Below, piece by piece: positions 1-12,712 of a stretch of 64,000 bases of DNA. The stretch is from the NCBI GenBank assembly GCA_002269645.1, contig NIVC01000621.1, forward strand, positions 124,001-188,000, read 5' to 3'. The notes under the pieces were generated by a model that searched no databases, was not told where the DNA came from, and saw only the letters and a program-made list of their open reading frames with translations. Numbering within the stretch: position 1 is the first letter of the stretch; the number at the start of each line of letters is the position of its first letter. Position numbers and translations under genes: made by a program. This DNA is from Macrostomum lignano. Lineage: Eukaryota.

Positions 1-1699
1 ACTTGCACACAGAATTCATGCGGCCACACTGATGGGTCGGCACTTCTGGTCTTGGCTGGTCGGAGTTCCTGCAATAAATTTTCGGCAGAGTGTCAGTTAA
101 TTTTATTAACATTATTTTTCTAGTCACTGAAAGTGTCTCTTTAGAGTAAGTTAAAGTTAAGAATTATATGAGACTACGCATAGAAAAAATAGCGGACGAA
201 ATTGAGTAAAAAAATCAAGTTAGCCGCTGGGAGGTTTAAGCACCTGATTATGTGAGAATGATTTTCTATGTAAAAACTGTTATAAAAACCTCAATAAGCA
301 TGCCTGCTTAAGTATCATTTGTGGCTCACTTTTCTGATCCCTGTCCTTTAGTGGGATTACTATAAAGAGTAAAAACTTGTTTAGCATGATCGCCGCCCTT
401 CAGACATTACCTTTGCTGAGCTTCCGCTTCGTTTCCAGCTTGAGTCTCCGCACGAGCGCCAGGAGCAGAAGTAGCAGCAGCTGAGCCAGCAGGTCTCTTG
501 CGCCAGTTGACTCTGGTCCTTGCAGCAGGTGCTCTACTTGCAGCAGGAGCGGGAAACTCCCGGTCCTCCATAGGCTCTATTCCCTGCAAAGGATCTCGGA
601 GTCTCAGAGATTCATAGTGCTCATTGCTCAGAACCAGGCGCGCAACAGCCAGAGGAGGCTGCGCGAAGGACATAAAGTGCTGCAGCACACTTCCATTGCG
701 CTGGTAAATAACCAGGTCAACCGGAAAGCAGCGACTTAAAAGGGGCACGATTTCATCAGGCACATAAGTTCCCTCTGTAAATGAAGCTTCGATTATGGCA
801 TCCGCATTCTCTGGGAAAACAAAGCCTTCGACAATCAACTGTGGCACCAGCTCTGCCGCGCGGCTTGACAAATTGTGCCTCAATGAAGCAGCATCGGTTT
901 CAAGTGCGGTGCCTCGCAACTGATCACAAACAGCGTGAAAAAAAACAATTTCCATCACCGGCTATGGGAACTATGCTCAATTGATTAAAAGATACCTGAG
1001 CCGCTGCTGCTGGTTCACTATTTTCCTGTCTAAAATTGAGAGGGAAAATGGTCAGTCAAATAAAAAATTGTGACTGAAGATATGTAAGGGGCTGAAGTGA
1101 TAAAGGTAAATTATATTTTGCAGGTCTTACTTAAGTATTCTTAATGAAATCTGCTTAAACTAAATGCAAAATGCAAAAATTCAAGGTAATACAGAACGAT
1201 GCAATCATCAGCTATACAAAAAGAAAAAAAGAGACCAGAGAAAAACGGTGCAGTTTAAATCAACAAAAGCAGAAGAGTAACCGTTATAGGTATAGATCAG
1301 CAGACTTACCTCGAAGCCCAAATGCTCCGGCGAGACGATCCAAACGCTCGTATCCTGTTTCGGAAGCACGGCGGTCAGCTTCTCGCTGCCGCATGTCTTC
1401 CAGGCGGGCAGCTCTCTCGGTGTCAGTCTCGCAGGCTCGGTTGGCAGCAATCCTCTGCCGCAGCTCTTCGAGCCGAGCAGCTCTCTCAGCGTCAGTCTCG
1501 CAAGCCCGGCGCTCTGCGTCCCGCTGTCGCAGCTCCTCGAGCCGAGCAGCTCTCTGGGCGTCAGTCTCACGGGCTCGGCGCTCTGAGTCCCGCTGCCGTC
1601 GTGTTTCCAAACGAGCTTCGCGCTCAGCGCTAGATTCTTCACGTCGCCTTTTTTTGCCTCACGGCTTTTCTTTAAATGACTTGCTCCACGGCGACCCAT
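1..1699 (-). mobile_element. 5' part of a spliced Helitron-like gene: charged ExxxR repeats + OTU cysteine protease + start of a Helitron-type Cys/His motif; runs off the left edge
   Basis: Exons 1699-1310, 1029-411 and 68-<1 join in frame at GT/AG sites (GTAAGT at 1309, GTAATG at 410). Translation: MGRRG...ETDAQRAARLEELRQR repeats; IVPIAGDGNCFF/HAVCDQL...LSNEHYESL (OTU Cys and His motifs); THQCGRMNSVCK, resembling the Helitron N-terminal zinc-binding motif. Rep/helicase is not in the window. Confidence 0.75.
411..1029 (-). pseudogene. OTU-domain exon with a 1-bp frameshift in a T8 run just after GDGNCFF
   Basis: Minus strand reads GGT GAT GGA AAT TGT TTT TTT T CAC GCT; removing one T joins GDGNCFF to the 407..958 ORF. 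Could be a homopolymer sequencing error. Confidence 0.75.
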
Positions 1700-3261
1700 A
1701 GCTATTATTGATACTTAGTAAGTACGGATAGAAATATACGAAATACGGTAAAAAGAATACGGAATAAAAGTTTAATCTAGTTTTAATAGTAGTTGCTACT
1801 TTTTACAAATATAATTATACAACTGCCGTACTAAAGTATGAATGAATAATTACAAATATAATTATACAACTGCGGTACTAAAGTATGAAATGAATAGTTT
1901 AATGTAAAAAAGTAAATAATAGATGGCGATTCAGTAGATAATTAGTATCAGATACCAGAAGATATCTCAGTTATGGATCAAATGGTGTAGGCAGAAACTG
2001 TTTAATCAAGACAGTAGTTGTCAATGTACTAATAAAGGTAGGTGAGAGGATTATTAAGCTGAGATTTTGCTGATGCGATGAATCTTTATAGAAAACCCAG
2101 TTCAAGAGGCAGGCTAAAGTCTTGCCTTAAAAGCACATTCAAAGTGAATGAAATGTGCGCGGCAATTTCAATGAATTGAGCGCTCGTGACTCCAGTGTTT
2201 GGGGTTTCAAATATGTACATCTGTCCTGAGCTAAAAAGCTTATCGCTAATTCAGCGTCTGGATACGGCACGCTGAGTAAGCTAAGGTAATAATTATATTG
2301 AATTCAATATCAACCAAGAGCATATAAGTATTGGAATTTATTACGCAACACTGAGCAGACCCTTCTTGCTTTATCAATGGCTCTGGCTTGAATTGTGGAG
2401 TTGCTATAAAGTAGGGGTTTGCGATATGGGGGAGCGTACAATGAGTATATAAAGTAAAATTCATAGGAATCCTCTTTTTAATGCTGTGCTTTTAATTTTT
2501 CGAATCTCAGCATAGAAATTATATTCCCGAACTCAGCGTTTCTAGCTTTTTCCAGCAATACAAGGCTCTCTTCTGAAAGTAAAAAACTCGAAGCACAAAC
2601 AATGATTGAACATTCCTGCTACGAGTATAAAGCATTCAAATTCAAAAGGTGTACATTCAGCGCCAGCTACAGTAAGAGGCCTGCAAGTTGATGCATTGAA
2701 ATTAACAACCAAGCCAATGCCCAGGACAAATTGAATAGCGACACCCGCCCCTCAATTTCGATAACTAAAAGGTGTTGCGCAACCTTTCAACGCTTGTAGC
2801 TCTCCACGCGAGTGTAGAGAACTAATGCTATAGTTGGCACTGAGTTATGATGCAATAAAATTCCATCGGCAGTCAGACTGCTTCTCAATCGGAAAGAACT
2901 GTTTGAACTTTAAAAAAACAGGGAGAAAATCGAGTTTTTCGAATATTTAAGCCCGAAAAAATGAAGCAATTTCTTAGCAAAATTTTGTGTACCAGCGCAC
3001 CATCAATACGCATCAAATGCAGAAAACCCCACGAAATTTCGACCATGTAGAGTCAAGTTAAGCGAAGGTTCCTATAGGTACATAGTTTTGATTTTTAGTA
3101 TATTGGACGAGTGGAACTCCTCCTCCGGAGGAGAAAGGGGAAGAACTCCCATCACCGGAATTCCATTCCCTGAAATCCATCAGCTGAAACTCCACTTGAA
3201 TCCCATCTTCCAAATCGTCTCCAAATTCTTTACAAAATCTTTGAAAGACCATAGCTCAAAG

Positions 3262-4172
3262 ACTCTCACGTCTCTCATATCTACTCTCTCTTCTATTCGC
3301 TATTATCGTGACTCTCTTCTCTCTCCTCTCTCTCATCTCATCTCTACCCCTACTCCCTTATTTATCTCTTCTCCCTCGTCTTTCGTTTGTACCCTCTCCT
3401 GTCTCTTGTCTCCTCTCTTCTCTCTTATCTCTCCCTCTTCTCTCCTCTCTCATATGTCATCTCTCCTTACTTATCTATCGTCTCTCTTAACCCTCTCTCT
3501 ACTCTTTACTCTCCTATCTGCTTCTCATTTTTCATATCTCATATACGCTCTCACACTCTACTTTCTTGTCTCCCATCTTTCTTTACTCCTTACCACTATC
3601 CCCTGTCTCTTCTCTTCTGTCTTTTCTATCCTCTCCATTCTCTCATCTCTCCTCTCCTCACTACTTTCCTTCTCTTAACTCTCTTATCTCTGATCTTTCA
3701 TCTCTTTCCTCTCTCCTCTCTCTCTCTTCTCCTCTCGCTTCTCTCTCTCCTCTCTCTCCTCTCATCTATACTCCCTTATTTATATCTTCTCCCTGGTCTT
3801 TCGTTTCTACTCTCTCCTGTCTCATTTCTCCCCTCTTTTCTTCTCTCTTCTCTCTCCCCTCCTCTCTCATCTCTCATCCCTCATCTCACTCCTTCTTTCT
3901 CCTCTACTCTCCCCTCTTTTCTATTACCTCTGTACGCTCTTATCCCTCATCTCTATTCTCTCTCCTATCATCTCTCTTGTCTCCCTCTGCTATCTCATAT
4001 CTCCCCTCTCGTCTCCTCTCTCCTCTTCTCTTCTCTCTCCTTCGTTCCCGCCTTACTCCCCTCTTCTCTCCCATCTGTCATGTCTAATGTCTCGTCTCAT
4101 TTCTACTCTGTTTTCTATCATCTCATCTCATCTCTCTTCTCTTTTCATTCTTCTCTTTACTCTCTTCTCTGA
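3262..4172. repeat. CT-rich polypyrimidine low-complexity tract
   Basis: About 900 bp almost entirely C/T on +; it generates spurious L/S-rich ORFs. Confidence 0.95.
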
Positions 4173-4199
4173 CTGATTGAAGATGCCAAATCCATCAAG

Positions 4200-4560
4200 A
4201 TCCTCTCCGCGAAGCAGAAAAATCCTGTCCGTGCAACTGAAAAACATCGAAATCCTCTCCGTGAAACTGGACTCCTTCGAAATCCTCTCCTTGAAACTTA
4301 AATCCATCAAAATGGTCTCCATAAAACATAAATCAATCATAAATTATCTCCGCGAAACAGAAATCCTCTCCGTGAAGCTGAACATCATCGAAATCCTCTC
4401 TGTGAAACTGAACATCATCGAAATCCTTTCCACGAAACTGAACACCATCGAAATCCTCTCCACGAAACTGAACACCATCGAAATCCTCTCCACGAAACAG
4501 AAATCCTCTTCGTCAAAATTAAAACATTGCAATCGTCTCCGCTAAACTGGACTCAATCGA
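4200..4560. repeat. ~30-bp minisatellite (GAAATCCTCTCCACGAAACTGAACACCATC-like)
   Basis: Directly visible tandem units, most regular at 4360-4500. Confidence 0.9.
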
Positions 4561-4599
4561 ATTTTTCCGTCAAACAACTCAACTCTCCGGATTCATTGG

Positions 4600-4627
4600 T
4601 TAGGGTTAGGGTTAGGGTTAGGGTTAG
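4600..4627 (+). repeat. Short interstitial (TTAGGG)4 tract
   Basis: TTAGGG x4 + TTAG. Confidence 0.9.
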
Positions 4628-5599
4628 AACTACGCATAGGTTCGTGTTAAAAGGCACTGATAAAAATATTGAACTAATTGAATCAATTCATTGCGCAACC
4701 GATTTCACAGTCAGTCAGTCAATCTAAATCAACCCTCCAATACACAGCAGCAGTGAGAAGTTGAACCCTCCCCCCAACTTTATCTATTACGTCTTGCAAG
4801 ACTGATTACAATTTTTGCAAAAAGTTAAAAGTATGGGAATAGTTTTCCCAATGAAAAGCTTTTAGTTTTCATATATAAAGCAAACAACTTATTTCCTCGA
4901 ACTCTGCGTTGCAAAATCTTTCCAGCAATATAAGTTTCCCCTCTCAAAGTTTAAAACTCAAGGAACAGTTAGCGTTTGAAATTTACCGATTTCCCGACTG
5001 CTTGCTAGAGAAGCTCGCAATTCATTGAATTTCACTGCTAAGCTAATACACAGGGATGCCTATGGAGAAAAAAAGGCGCCAATAATAAAACCAATTGATA
5101 GAAAGCTTAATATCAACATTTGAATATGATTGCAATTTCTAACAACTTCAACGCGTTTCGCACGCCATGGTGCATCGTCAGGATGCAAAACCAATTGAAT
5201 CTCGACACAGTCCTGATTCCTATCTATCTGTTTACACTGTACAACTGCTATGTACACTCAGCCCAAGCCCAACCCCCCGTTCTGGGGGAAGCATTAAATT
5301 TAACTCAACCCCCCAACACGCGGGGGGTTTTATTTGCATTGAACCCAGAACACGCGCACCCACCACCCCTCAATACACAGCGGCCCGCGGGCGGAGGTTG
5401 GGGTGGCTATTTTTACAAACTGGCTGCAGCCCCAGTCAGAGTGGCCAAAGAAGGTTATTGAGGGTTAAGAAAGCAGTTTTCTGCTTTTTTAGGGATGTTA
5501 AAATGTGAAAATTAAAAATTAAAATAGCCTAAAGCCTGCTCCGGAAAATTTGCAGTTTTCCCATATATGTTTCGACGCTGACTTGGCAGTATTGTAGGA

Positions 5600-6160
5600 G
5601 TTCACTTACAACAAACATACACACAAACATCGCGTCAGTTTTAGTATAAGGAAGAGACTAGCCATTTAGCCCCCCGCTGGGGAGCCTTGAAAATGACACC
5701 AATTGGTTTTTATTTTTGCACAAGAGTAACTTTACTATAATCGTCAAAAATATTGATTTCCATTAATCAAAAATTACCTTTTCTCATTTTGGCAGAAATA
5801 AATTGCCATTAATCAAAACTTTCATTAGCCAAAAAAGTTTCCTTCATCGGCCCAAAACCCTTTCTAAATCAGCAAATAGTGCTTATCCGTTCAAGCACTA
5901 ACTCTTGATGGATATCATCAATGGCCGGGGCATATTCTGATCCGCAGCAGGAGCTCAATATGCAAATCCCTGACGCCCTTAGACCCTCTCTCTATATTGG
6001 CCTAAATCAAAGGATCAAACCTTTAATGAATGCGCTGGTATTTCCTATTAGCAGAAATCAGCATCACTTGTGTGTACTTTTTCATTATCTGAATTACATC
6101 AGCTACTTGAGCCGTACTACCTGACTATCTGACAATCGCCTAACAACCTAACACCCCCCA
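5600..6160 (+). mobile_element. Dispersed repeat, probably non-autonomous Helitron-type; second copy at ~9925-10350
   Basis: Both copies begin ACTAGCCATTTAGCCCCCGCTGGGG and align for ~450 bp. They abut ends of type ACA(G/A)ACAAAC...TTAG(A)...TAGTATA. Class assignment is inference. Confidence 0.5.
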
Positions 6161-6169
6161 TTTGCGTTG

Positions 6170-6545
6170 ACATCTAAGCAATTCCCCCAGTAAGCCTTGA
6201 CATCTCAGTAATTCCCCCAGTAAGCCTTGAGATTCCAGTAAGCCTTTAGATCTCAGCAATTCCCCCAGTAAGTCTTGAGATCTCAGCACTTCCCCAGTAA
6301 GCCTTAACATCTCAGCAATTCCCCAGTAAGCCTTGACATCTCAGGAATAACCCCATTAAGCCTCGACATCGCAGCAATTAAACTCCAGCCTCGACATCTA
6401 TGCAATTCTCCCAGCGCAGTAATTAGCCTTGACATCCCAACAACCCAACTCCCCTCTCCCAAGAATTCAGCAATCCCCTTATAAGCCTTGATAACTCAGC
6501 AATCCCCTTATAAGCCTTGAAAACTCAGCTATTCCCCGATGAGCT
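6170..6545. repeat. ~30-bp minisatellite AGCCTTGACATCTCAGTAATTCCCCCAGTA; related arrays at ~10370-10870 and ~11400-11600
   Basis: Visible degenerate tandem units in three blocks. Confidence 0.85.
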
Positions 6546-7334
6546 TAGATATCTTAGCAAGTCTTTAATTGATGGTTGACAGCGGTTAATCTAGCTCGTA
6601 TGATTGAACCAAAACTGACCCTAAGCCTCTAACCCTAACCCATAAGAAAATCTTGGCATGTTAGCAATTTCGACAATGAGCCTTGAGCCTCAGCATTAAA
6701 GTAACTTCCTCATAAGCTTTTAAATCTAAATTTCACCGGAAGCCTTGACCTGTCAGTAATTCCCCGTAGAGCCAAAGCATTTAAGTAATTCGCCCCAAGA
6801 GCATTTAATCTTAGCAATTCCTCGATGGATCATTAATGATTGACACGACTATCGCTCTATAATTGAACCCTAAGCCTAACCCTTAACCTGCAGCAGAATT
6901 TCATCAATTCCCCAATGAGCTTTGGAAAGGTTAGTAATTTCCCCATGAGCCTGAAAATTGAGTGACTTTTGATACCTTTTGATATCTTAGCACTTGCATT
7001 TCAACAATTTATTTCTGCAATTTCACAAATGAACCTTGAAATCAAAGCAATTCTCCCCAGAATGACAATTATAGCAATTCCCCTTGTGCCTTGAGATCTT
7101 ATAAATCCTCCCAAGAGTATTGATATATCACAGCAATTTGCCATACCAGCATTATGCTCGTAGCAATAGTCTTAGCAGTCTTAACAGTCTTAGCAATTCC
7201 CAATGAGACTTTTACTTTCAACAGGGCGCTTCTTTTATAATTGACATGATGATTCTTGTTCGTTTTTTCTTGCCTTTGCGTTTTCTTCTCTTTAAAAGAA
7301 GTTTTTAATAAAAAAACAATATTTCACTATAGCT

Positions 7335-7745
7335 TTCTGCAGTTTAGCAATGGTTCACCAGCAGTTTAGCTATGCAGTTTAGCAATGCATTTTACCAATG
7401 CAGTTTAGCAATGCTTCACCAGCAGTTTAGCAGTGCAGTTTAGCAATGCTTCACCAGCAGTTTAGCAATGCAGTTTAGCAATGCTTCACCAGCAGTTTAG
7501 CAATGCAGTTTAGCAATGCTTCACCAGCAGTTTAGCAATATAGTTTAGCAATGCTTCACCAGCAGTTTAGCAATGCAGTTTAGCAATGCTTCACCAGCAG
7601 TTTAGCAATGCAGTTTAGAAATGCTTCACCAGCAGTTTAGCAATGCAGTTTAGATATGCTTCACCAGCAGTTTAGCAATGCAGTTTAGAAATGCTTCACC
7701 AGCAGTTTAGCAATGCAGTTTAGAAATGCTTCACCAGCAGTTTAG
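7335..7745. repeat. 35-bp tandem repeat (CAGTTTAGCAATG)2-CTTCACCAG
   Basis: About 11 near-identical units with an internal 13-bp duplication. Confidence 0.95.
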
Positions 7746-8837
7746 TCATCGTTCACCAGTACTGTTTTGCACATTGCACTAATCTTTGCTTATGGTTATA
7801 TTACTTCTGGATAATCGAAACCATTTAAAATGTTTCTGCAACTTGCAGGTTCAATTTAATTCCCTTACATATTTATTATTTTATTATATGCGTCAGATTA
7901 GCACTGCTCTCCCCGATTAGCGCTGCTCACCCAGATTAGCAATACCATTTGCAAATTAGCACTTACAGCAGATAAGTGCTGCTTTTGAAGCTTAGCGTAG
8001 CCCCAGCAAAAGTATACAAAATAAAATGTTAAAAATGTGCATGAATCCCCATAGGAAACAATGATTATTGTCACAAAGATAAATTCGCTACTTCAATGTA
8101 GACTCGAACTGCCGACCTTCTACTAAAAGACTTATACTATTCTAGAAGTTTAGTAACTTCACACTTTGAAGTTAACCCCCCCCCTCAGAAATCGGCAGTT
8201 ATCCCCACAACAACCTGAAATTAGCTATCACTTCTAATCCCGCAAACAGACTGCAGTCATACTCTTAGCAGCCTGCAGGTACGAGTATCCACCTTGCTGT
8301 CTACAACTTTCATTAACATCGGCAAACTACAATAATTCACTCAGCAGTCCGCAGTTACTCGTATCCCCTCAACAACTTACTCTGCTATACACTCATAAGT
8401 CTGGAGGAATACCAGCAGTTTTTTTTTCAATTTTTCCCATTGCAGTCTACATGAATGAGTCTTCTCAGCAATGATTCTTTCAGTAATCTGATAATTTGCT
8501 CAGTATTTAGTACAGCTCACTAATCAATTTTGCGATACATATCGGCAGTCTTTTGCGCAGCTCAGCATTTAGCAGTACCTTCAGCTGTTTAGCTATTTAG
8601 CAGCATCGTCTGCAATTCGGGAGAAATAATACACGAAGCAGTTTTTTTACAAATCAAATTTTAAAATGCACTGGTTGAAATCAAATCAAATTCAAATTGA
8701 CAAAATCAAGTTTGTTTAGCAACTTGTGTTGAATAGCAAAAATCATTCATTGAGTGTGGCTTACTAATTAATCAAAAATGATTCAATTAGTTGAGGCGCA
8801 AGATATAAATGAACTAATTTATTTAATTTTAATTATC

Positions 8838-8921
8838 GGCCCGCGAGGCGGACTCGAACCTTGGACCTTACGCCTAGCCTAAACCTAGTCCTAGTGCCTA
8901 CACTGCGGCTATTCCGCCTAC
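8838..8921 (-). mobile_element. tRNA-derived SINE-like head (second copy 12281-12361)
   Basis: Minus strand has A-box-like TAGCCGCAGTGT and B-box GGTTCGAGTCC; no clean cloverleaf. Lies inside a local duplication (~8500-9300 vs ~11900-12980). Confidence 0.5.
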
Positions 8922-9299
8922 TGATTGGAGGGCGCAAAAATCAGCCATATATGCTTCGACATTGCAGTCAAATACATAGCAGTGATAGGCTGCTCAGTGT
9001 GCACTGGTTTGGTGCTGGCAGAGTCAATGCACAGTTAAGAGAAATCTATAAATGGCAATTGTCTATGCAGTCCGCCATTCAGCCAGGGTCAAAATAATGT
9101 TCACACGCAGCCACTGCGCATTATTTTATTTCAGTACTTTTAAAATGCACTGGCTGATTTCTCTCTCCCTCCAGAGTGCCTGCGCAATGCTTGGCACACT
9201 GCTTTCCACCTAAAAAGCTCAGAGTCAGTTTATAGCGAGAATATGCAGTACACAGTTGTGGCGCAATCAAAATTAGATTTAGAATTCAGCCAGTCAAGA

Positions 9300-9925
9300 A
9301 TTCAACCTTGCATTAAAAGCATAGGGAAAACTCGATTTTCGAATATTTAATGCCTTGAACATTGAAGCAGATTAAAGAAATTCTAACTGTCTTTTTTTCA
9401 GATAACTATAAATCTTTTGGCGAAAGCGCGATCAAAATTGGTCAAGAATTGCAGTCTGTAGAGCGATAGCTAATTAGAGCTGTCTGCCAACATCAAGAGT
9501 AATTTTTATAGTCACCCATTTTATGGCTGCGCGATTTAAATAGAGTTTGTTATCTCGCCAGTGGGGCCCAGTGAGTTTTCTTATCAGTTGGCTCTTGCGC
9601 AATCAATTAAAATTGGATGTGAATTCTATCGCTGCGAGCAGTTTGATAAAAAATACAGTGAATTTGCCCATTTAAAACCGTTTTTCGAATATTTAATCCC
9701 TTTAGCATTGAAGCAGATTAAAGAAATTTTAACTGTCTTCTTTCTAGACAATTTTGAATCTTTTGGCGAAAACGCGATGAAAATCGGTAAAGAATTGCAA
9801 TCTCTAGAGCGTTATGGACATTCATTCAAACATACCGAAGTTTGAAAAAAATCGGTTCAGCCATTCAGGCTGTGGACTGGAATACCGGTCAGACAGACAA
9901 ACCTTAGAGATTTAGTATATTGTGA
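9300..9925 (+). mobile_element. Cluster of short repeats of a probable non-autonomous Helitron-like family; also ~12960-13590
   Basis: Recurrent TTTTCGAATATTTAA...AGAGCGTTATGGACA...ACAAACCTTAGAGATTTAGTATAT modules arranged head to tail. Confidence 0.45.
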
Positions 9926-12430
9926 CTAGCCATTTAGCCCCCCGCTGGGGGGCCTTAAAATTGACACCAAGTGGTTTTTATTTAGACCCAAGAATAACCA
10001 TTAATTTCAATTTCCATTAATCAAAAGTTACATTTTTTCGCTTACTGGCAAAAATAAATTGCCATGAATCAAAACTTTCACCAGCCTAAAATGTTTCCTT
10101 CATCAGCCTAAAACCCTTTTTCAATCAGCAAATAGTGCTTATCCTTTTAAGCACAAACTCTTGGTGCATATCTTCATTGGCTTGGGCATATTCTGGTCTG
10201 CAGCAGGAGCTCAATATGCCAATCCCTGATTTCCTTTATTTCCTATTAGCAGAAATAAGCATTATTTTTGTTTACTATTCCATTATCAATTTAAATGATC
10301 TACTTGAGCCGTACAACTTGAAGATCTGACAATCGCTCAACAACCTAACCCCCTCCCCCCAAAAATTCAGCCACCCCCAATGAGCCTTGATATCTTAACA
10401 ATTGAGCCATCCCCCATGAGCCTTGACATCTGAGAAATTCCCTCAGTCAGCATCGACATCAGCAATTAAACTCGAGCCTTGACATCTACGCAATTCTCCC
10501 AGGCCAGTAAGCCTTGACATCTCGGAAATTCCTCCAGTAAGCCTTGAAATCTCAGTAATTCCCCCAGTAAGCCTTGACATCTGAGCAATTCCCCGTGAGC
10601 CTTGAAATCTCAGAAATTACCCCAAAAAGCCATCAAATCTTAGCAATTCTCTCAATAAGCCTTGACATTCAGAAATTCCCCCAATAAGCCTTGGCATCTC
10701 AGTAATTCTCTCAATAAGCCTTGAAATCTTGACATCTCAAGAATTCCCTTAGTAAGCCTTGACATCTCAGAAATTCCGATGAGCCTTGAAATTTTCAGAA
10801 ATTAGCCCAAAAAAGCCATGACATCTCAGCAATTCAACCAATAAGCCTGGACATCTCAGTAATACCTGAGATGTCTCCACAACAACCTGAAATTATCCCT
10901 TCTAATCCCAAAAAACAGACTTCAGTCATACTCTAGCGGCCTAGAATTGTACCCAGAGCAAACAATAATTTACTCAGCAGTCCACAGTAATCCACAGATA
11001 CCACCTCAGCAGTTTGCAGCCATACGCTCATAAGTCTGGAGAAAAGATCATATCATTGCTTCTGAATATGGTCTGGAGGAACTCCGTCTGCACATCTCAC
11101 ATCTTTACATCTATGATATGATCGTTCAGACGATATGATCTATATGTCTGGAAGAACTACCTTAGCAGTTTGCAGTTTGTCCCCTTTGCAGTCTGCATGA
11201 ATGATCCTTTTGACAATCTGCAGTTCTCCTGTTGGCCAGCTTCTCAGTCTCCTGCTTAGCAAACTGCAATGATATTTTCTACAATAAAAATTTGCTAACA
11301 ATTTAGTACGGTTCACTAATCGGTTCACTACTTTTCGATACATATCGGCAGTCTTTGCACAAATCAGCATTAAGCAATACGTTCATTCCTAAATAGCAAG
11401 CATCCCCCAAAAGAAAGCAATTGCAGCATTTCCCCCCTTCAGCCTTGTAATCTCAACACTTCCCCTCATAAGCCTTTGAAACCTCAATTCAAGCAATTCT
11501 TCCAGTAAGACATGGCATATCAGCAATGCTCCATGGGCCTTAAAGTCTCAGAAATTGCCCCAAAAAGCCATTACATCTTAGCAATTCCTGAGATATCCCC
11601 ACAACAACCCTTCTAATCCTACAAAACAGACTGCAGTCATTATCTTAGCAGCTTGGAGTTATCCCCTTGCAGTCTATAACAATTATTAAGCATTTATCTC
11701 CTCAGCAGCCTAGAACTGTCCCCTCAGCAAACAACAGCTCAGAAGTCTACCAATCCTCCAAGCAGTCCCCCTCAGCAGTTTGCAGCTATAGCCTTATAAG
11801 TCTGGAAGAACTACCTAAGCAGTTTTCAGTTTGTCCCCTCTGCAGTCTGCATGAATGATCTTTTCGCCAATCTGCAGTTCCCCTTAGCAGTCTGCAGTTC
11901 TCCTCTCGGCGGGCTCCTCAGTATATTTAGCAAACTGAAATAAAGGATCCTTTCAAGAATCTTAATTTTTTCTCAGCATTTATTACAGTTCACTAATCAA
12001 TTTTTGATACATATCGGCAGTTTTTTTCCCCCAATTCAGCATTATTAAATTTAGCAGCTTAGCAATTTCATACTTTCATGGAGCTAGTAGGCAATACCCA
12101 TTGATGCGACAAGTAATGCTCAAAGCAGTTTTTTTACAAATCAAATTTGCTTAGTGAGAATTTGAATAATTTTGTATATACAAAAATTATTCATTAAGTG
12201 TGCCTTGCGAATTCAACAAAAATATTCCAATTAGTTGAGGGGAAGCTATAAATGAATGAATTAATTAAATTTTAATCATCCACCAAGGAGGCAGAGTCGA
12301 ACCTTGCACCTTACGCCTAGCCTAAACCTAGTCCTAGTGCCTACACTGCGGCTACTCCGCTTTCTAATTGGAGGGCGCAAAAATCAGCCATATATGCTTT
12401 GGCAATGCAGTCAAATACATAGCAGTGATA

Positions 12431-12712
12431 CCCGTTGACAACGAAAGCTAATATTGTGGGGTTAGTTAACTAATAGCTTGAAGGTTGACTAACGTCTGAA
12501 TTTAGGTGAATAAACGTTACTTGACGTTACTTTACTCTATGGAGGGTAAATTTACGTTAATTTGTGAGTTTATTAACCGAAATTAACGTACAAAGTGTTT
12601 GTGGCTAATTAACGTAAATCCACTTTTTCGAAAGTTAAACTGTGGTAAATTAACTCAACAAAAGTTACTTTTTGCTAATTTACTTTCAAGATTAACCCTC
12701 GTTTTCAACGGG
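12431..12712. mobile_element. MITE with CCCGTTG...CAACGGG TIRs and TA duplication (Tc1/mariner-superfamily type); degraded second copy ~57360-57637
   Basis: TA|CCCGTTGACAACG ... CGTTTTCAACGGG|TA. The paralogous segment near 8980 shows the empty site AGTGATA|GGCTG. Confidence 0.85.

Noticed and set aside
3058-3252. Short ORF resembling a transposase C-terminal fragment
   Set aside because: Too short and no diagnostic motif.
3088-4172. Long Leu/Ser-rich ORFs
   Set aside because: Artefacts of the CT-rich tract, which lacks stop codons; the same applies to 28277-28659.
4600-4627. Telomere or chromosome fusion site
   Set aside because: Only four units, one orientation, embedded in repeat-rich DNA.
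8838-8921. Functional tRNA gene (also 44037-44105)
   Set aside because: A and B boxes are present but there is no convincing cloverleaf, and the sequences are part of dispersed repeats.
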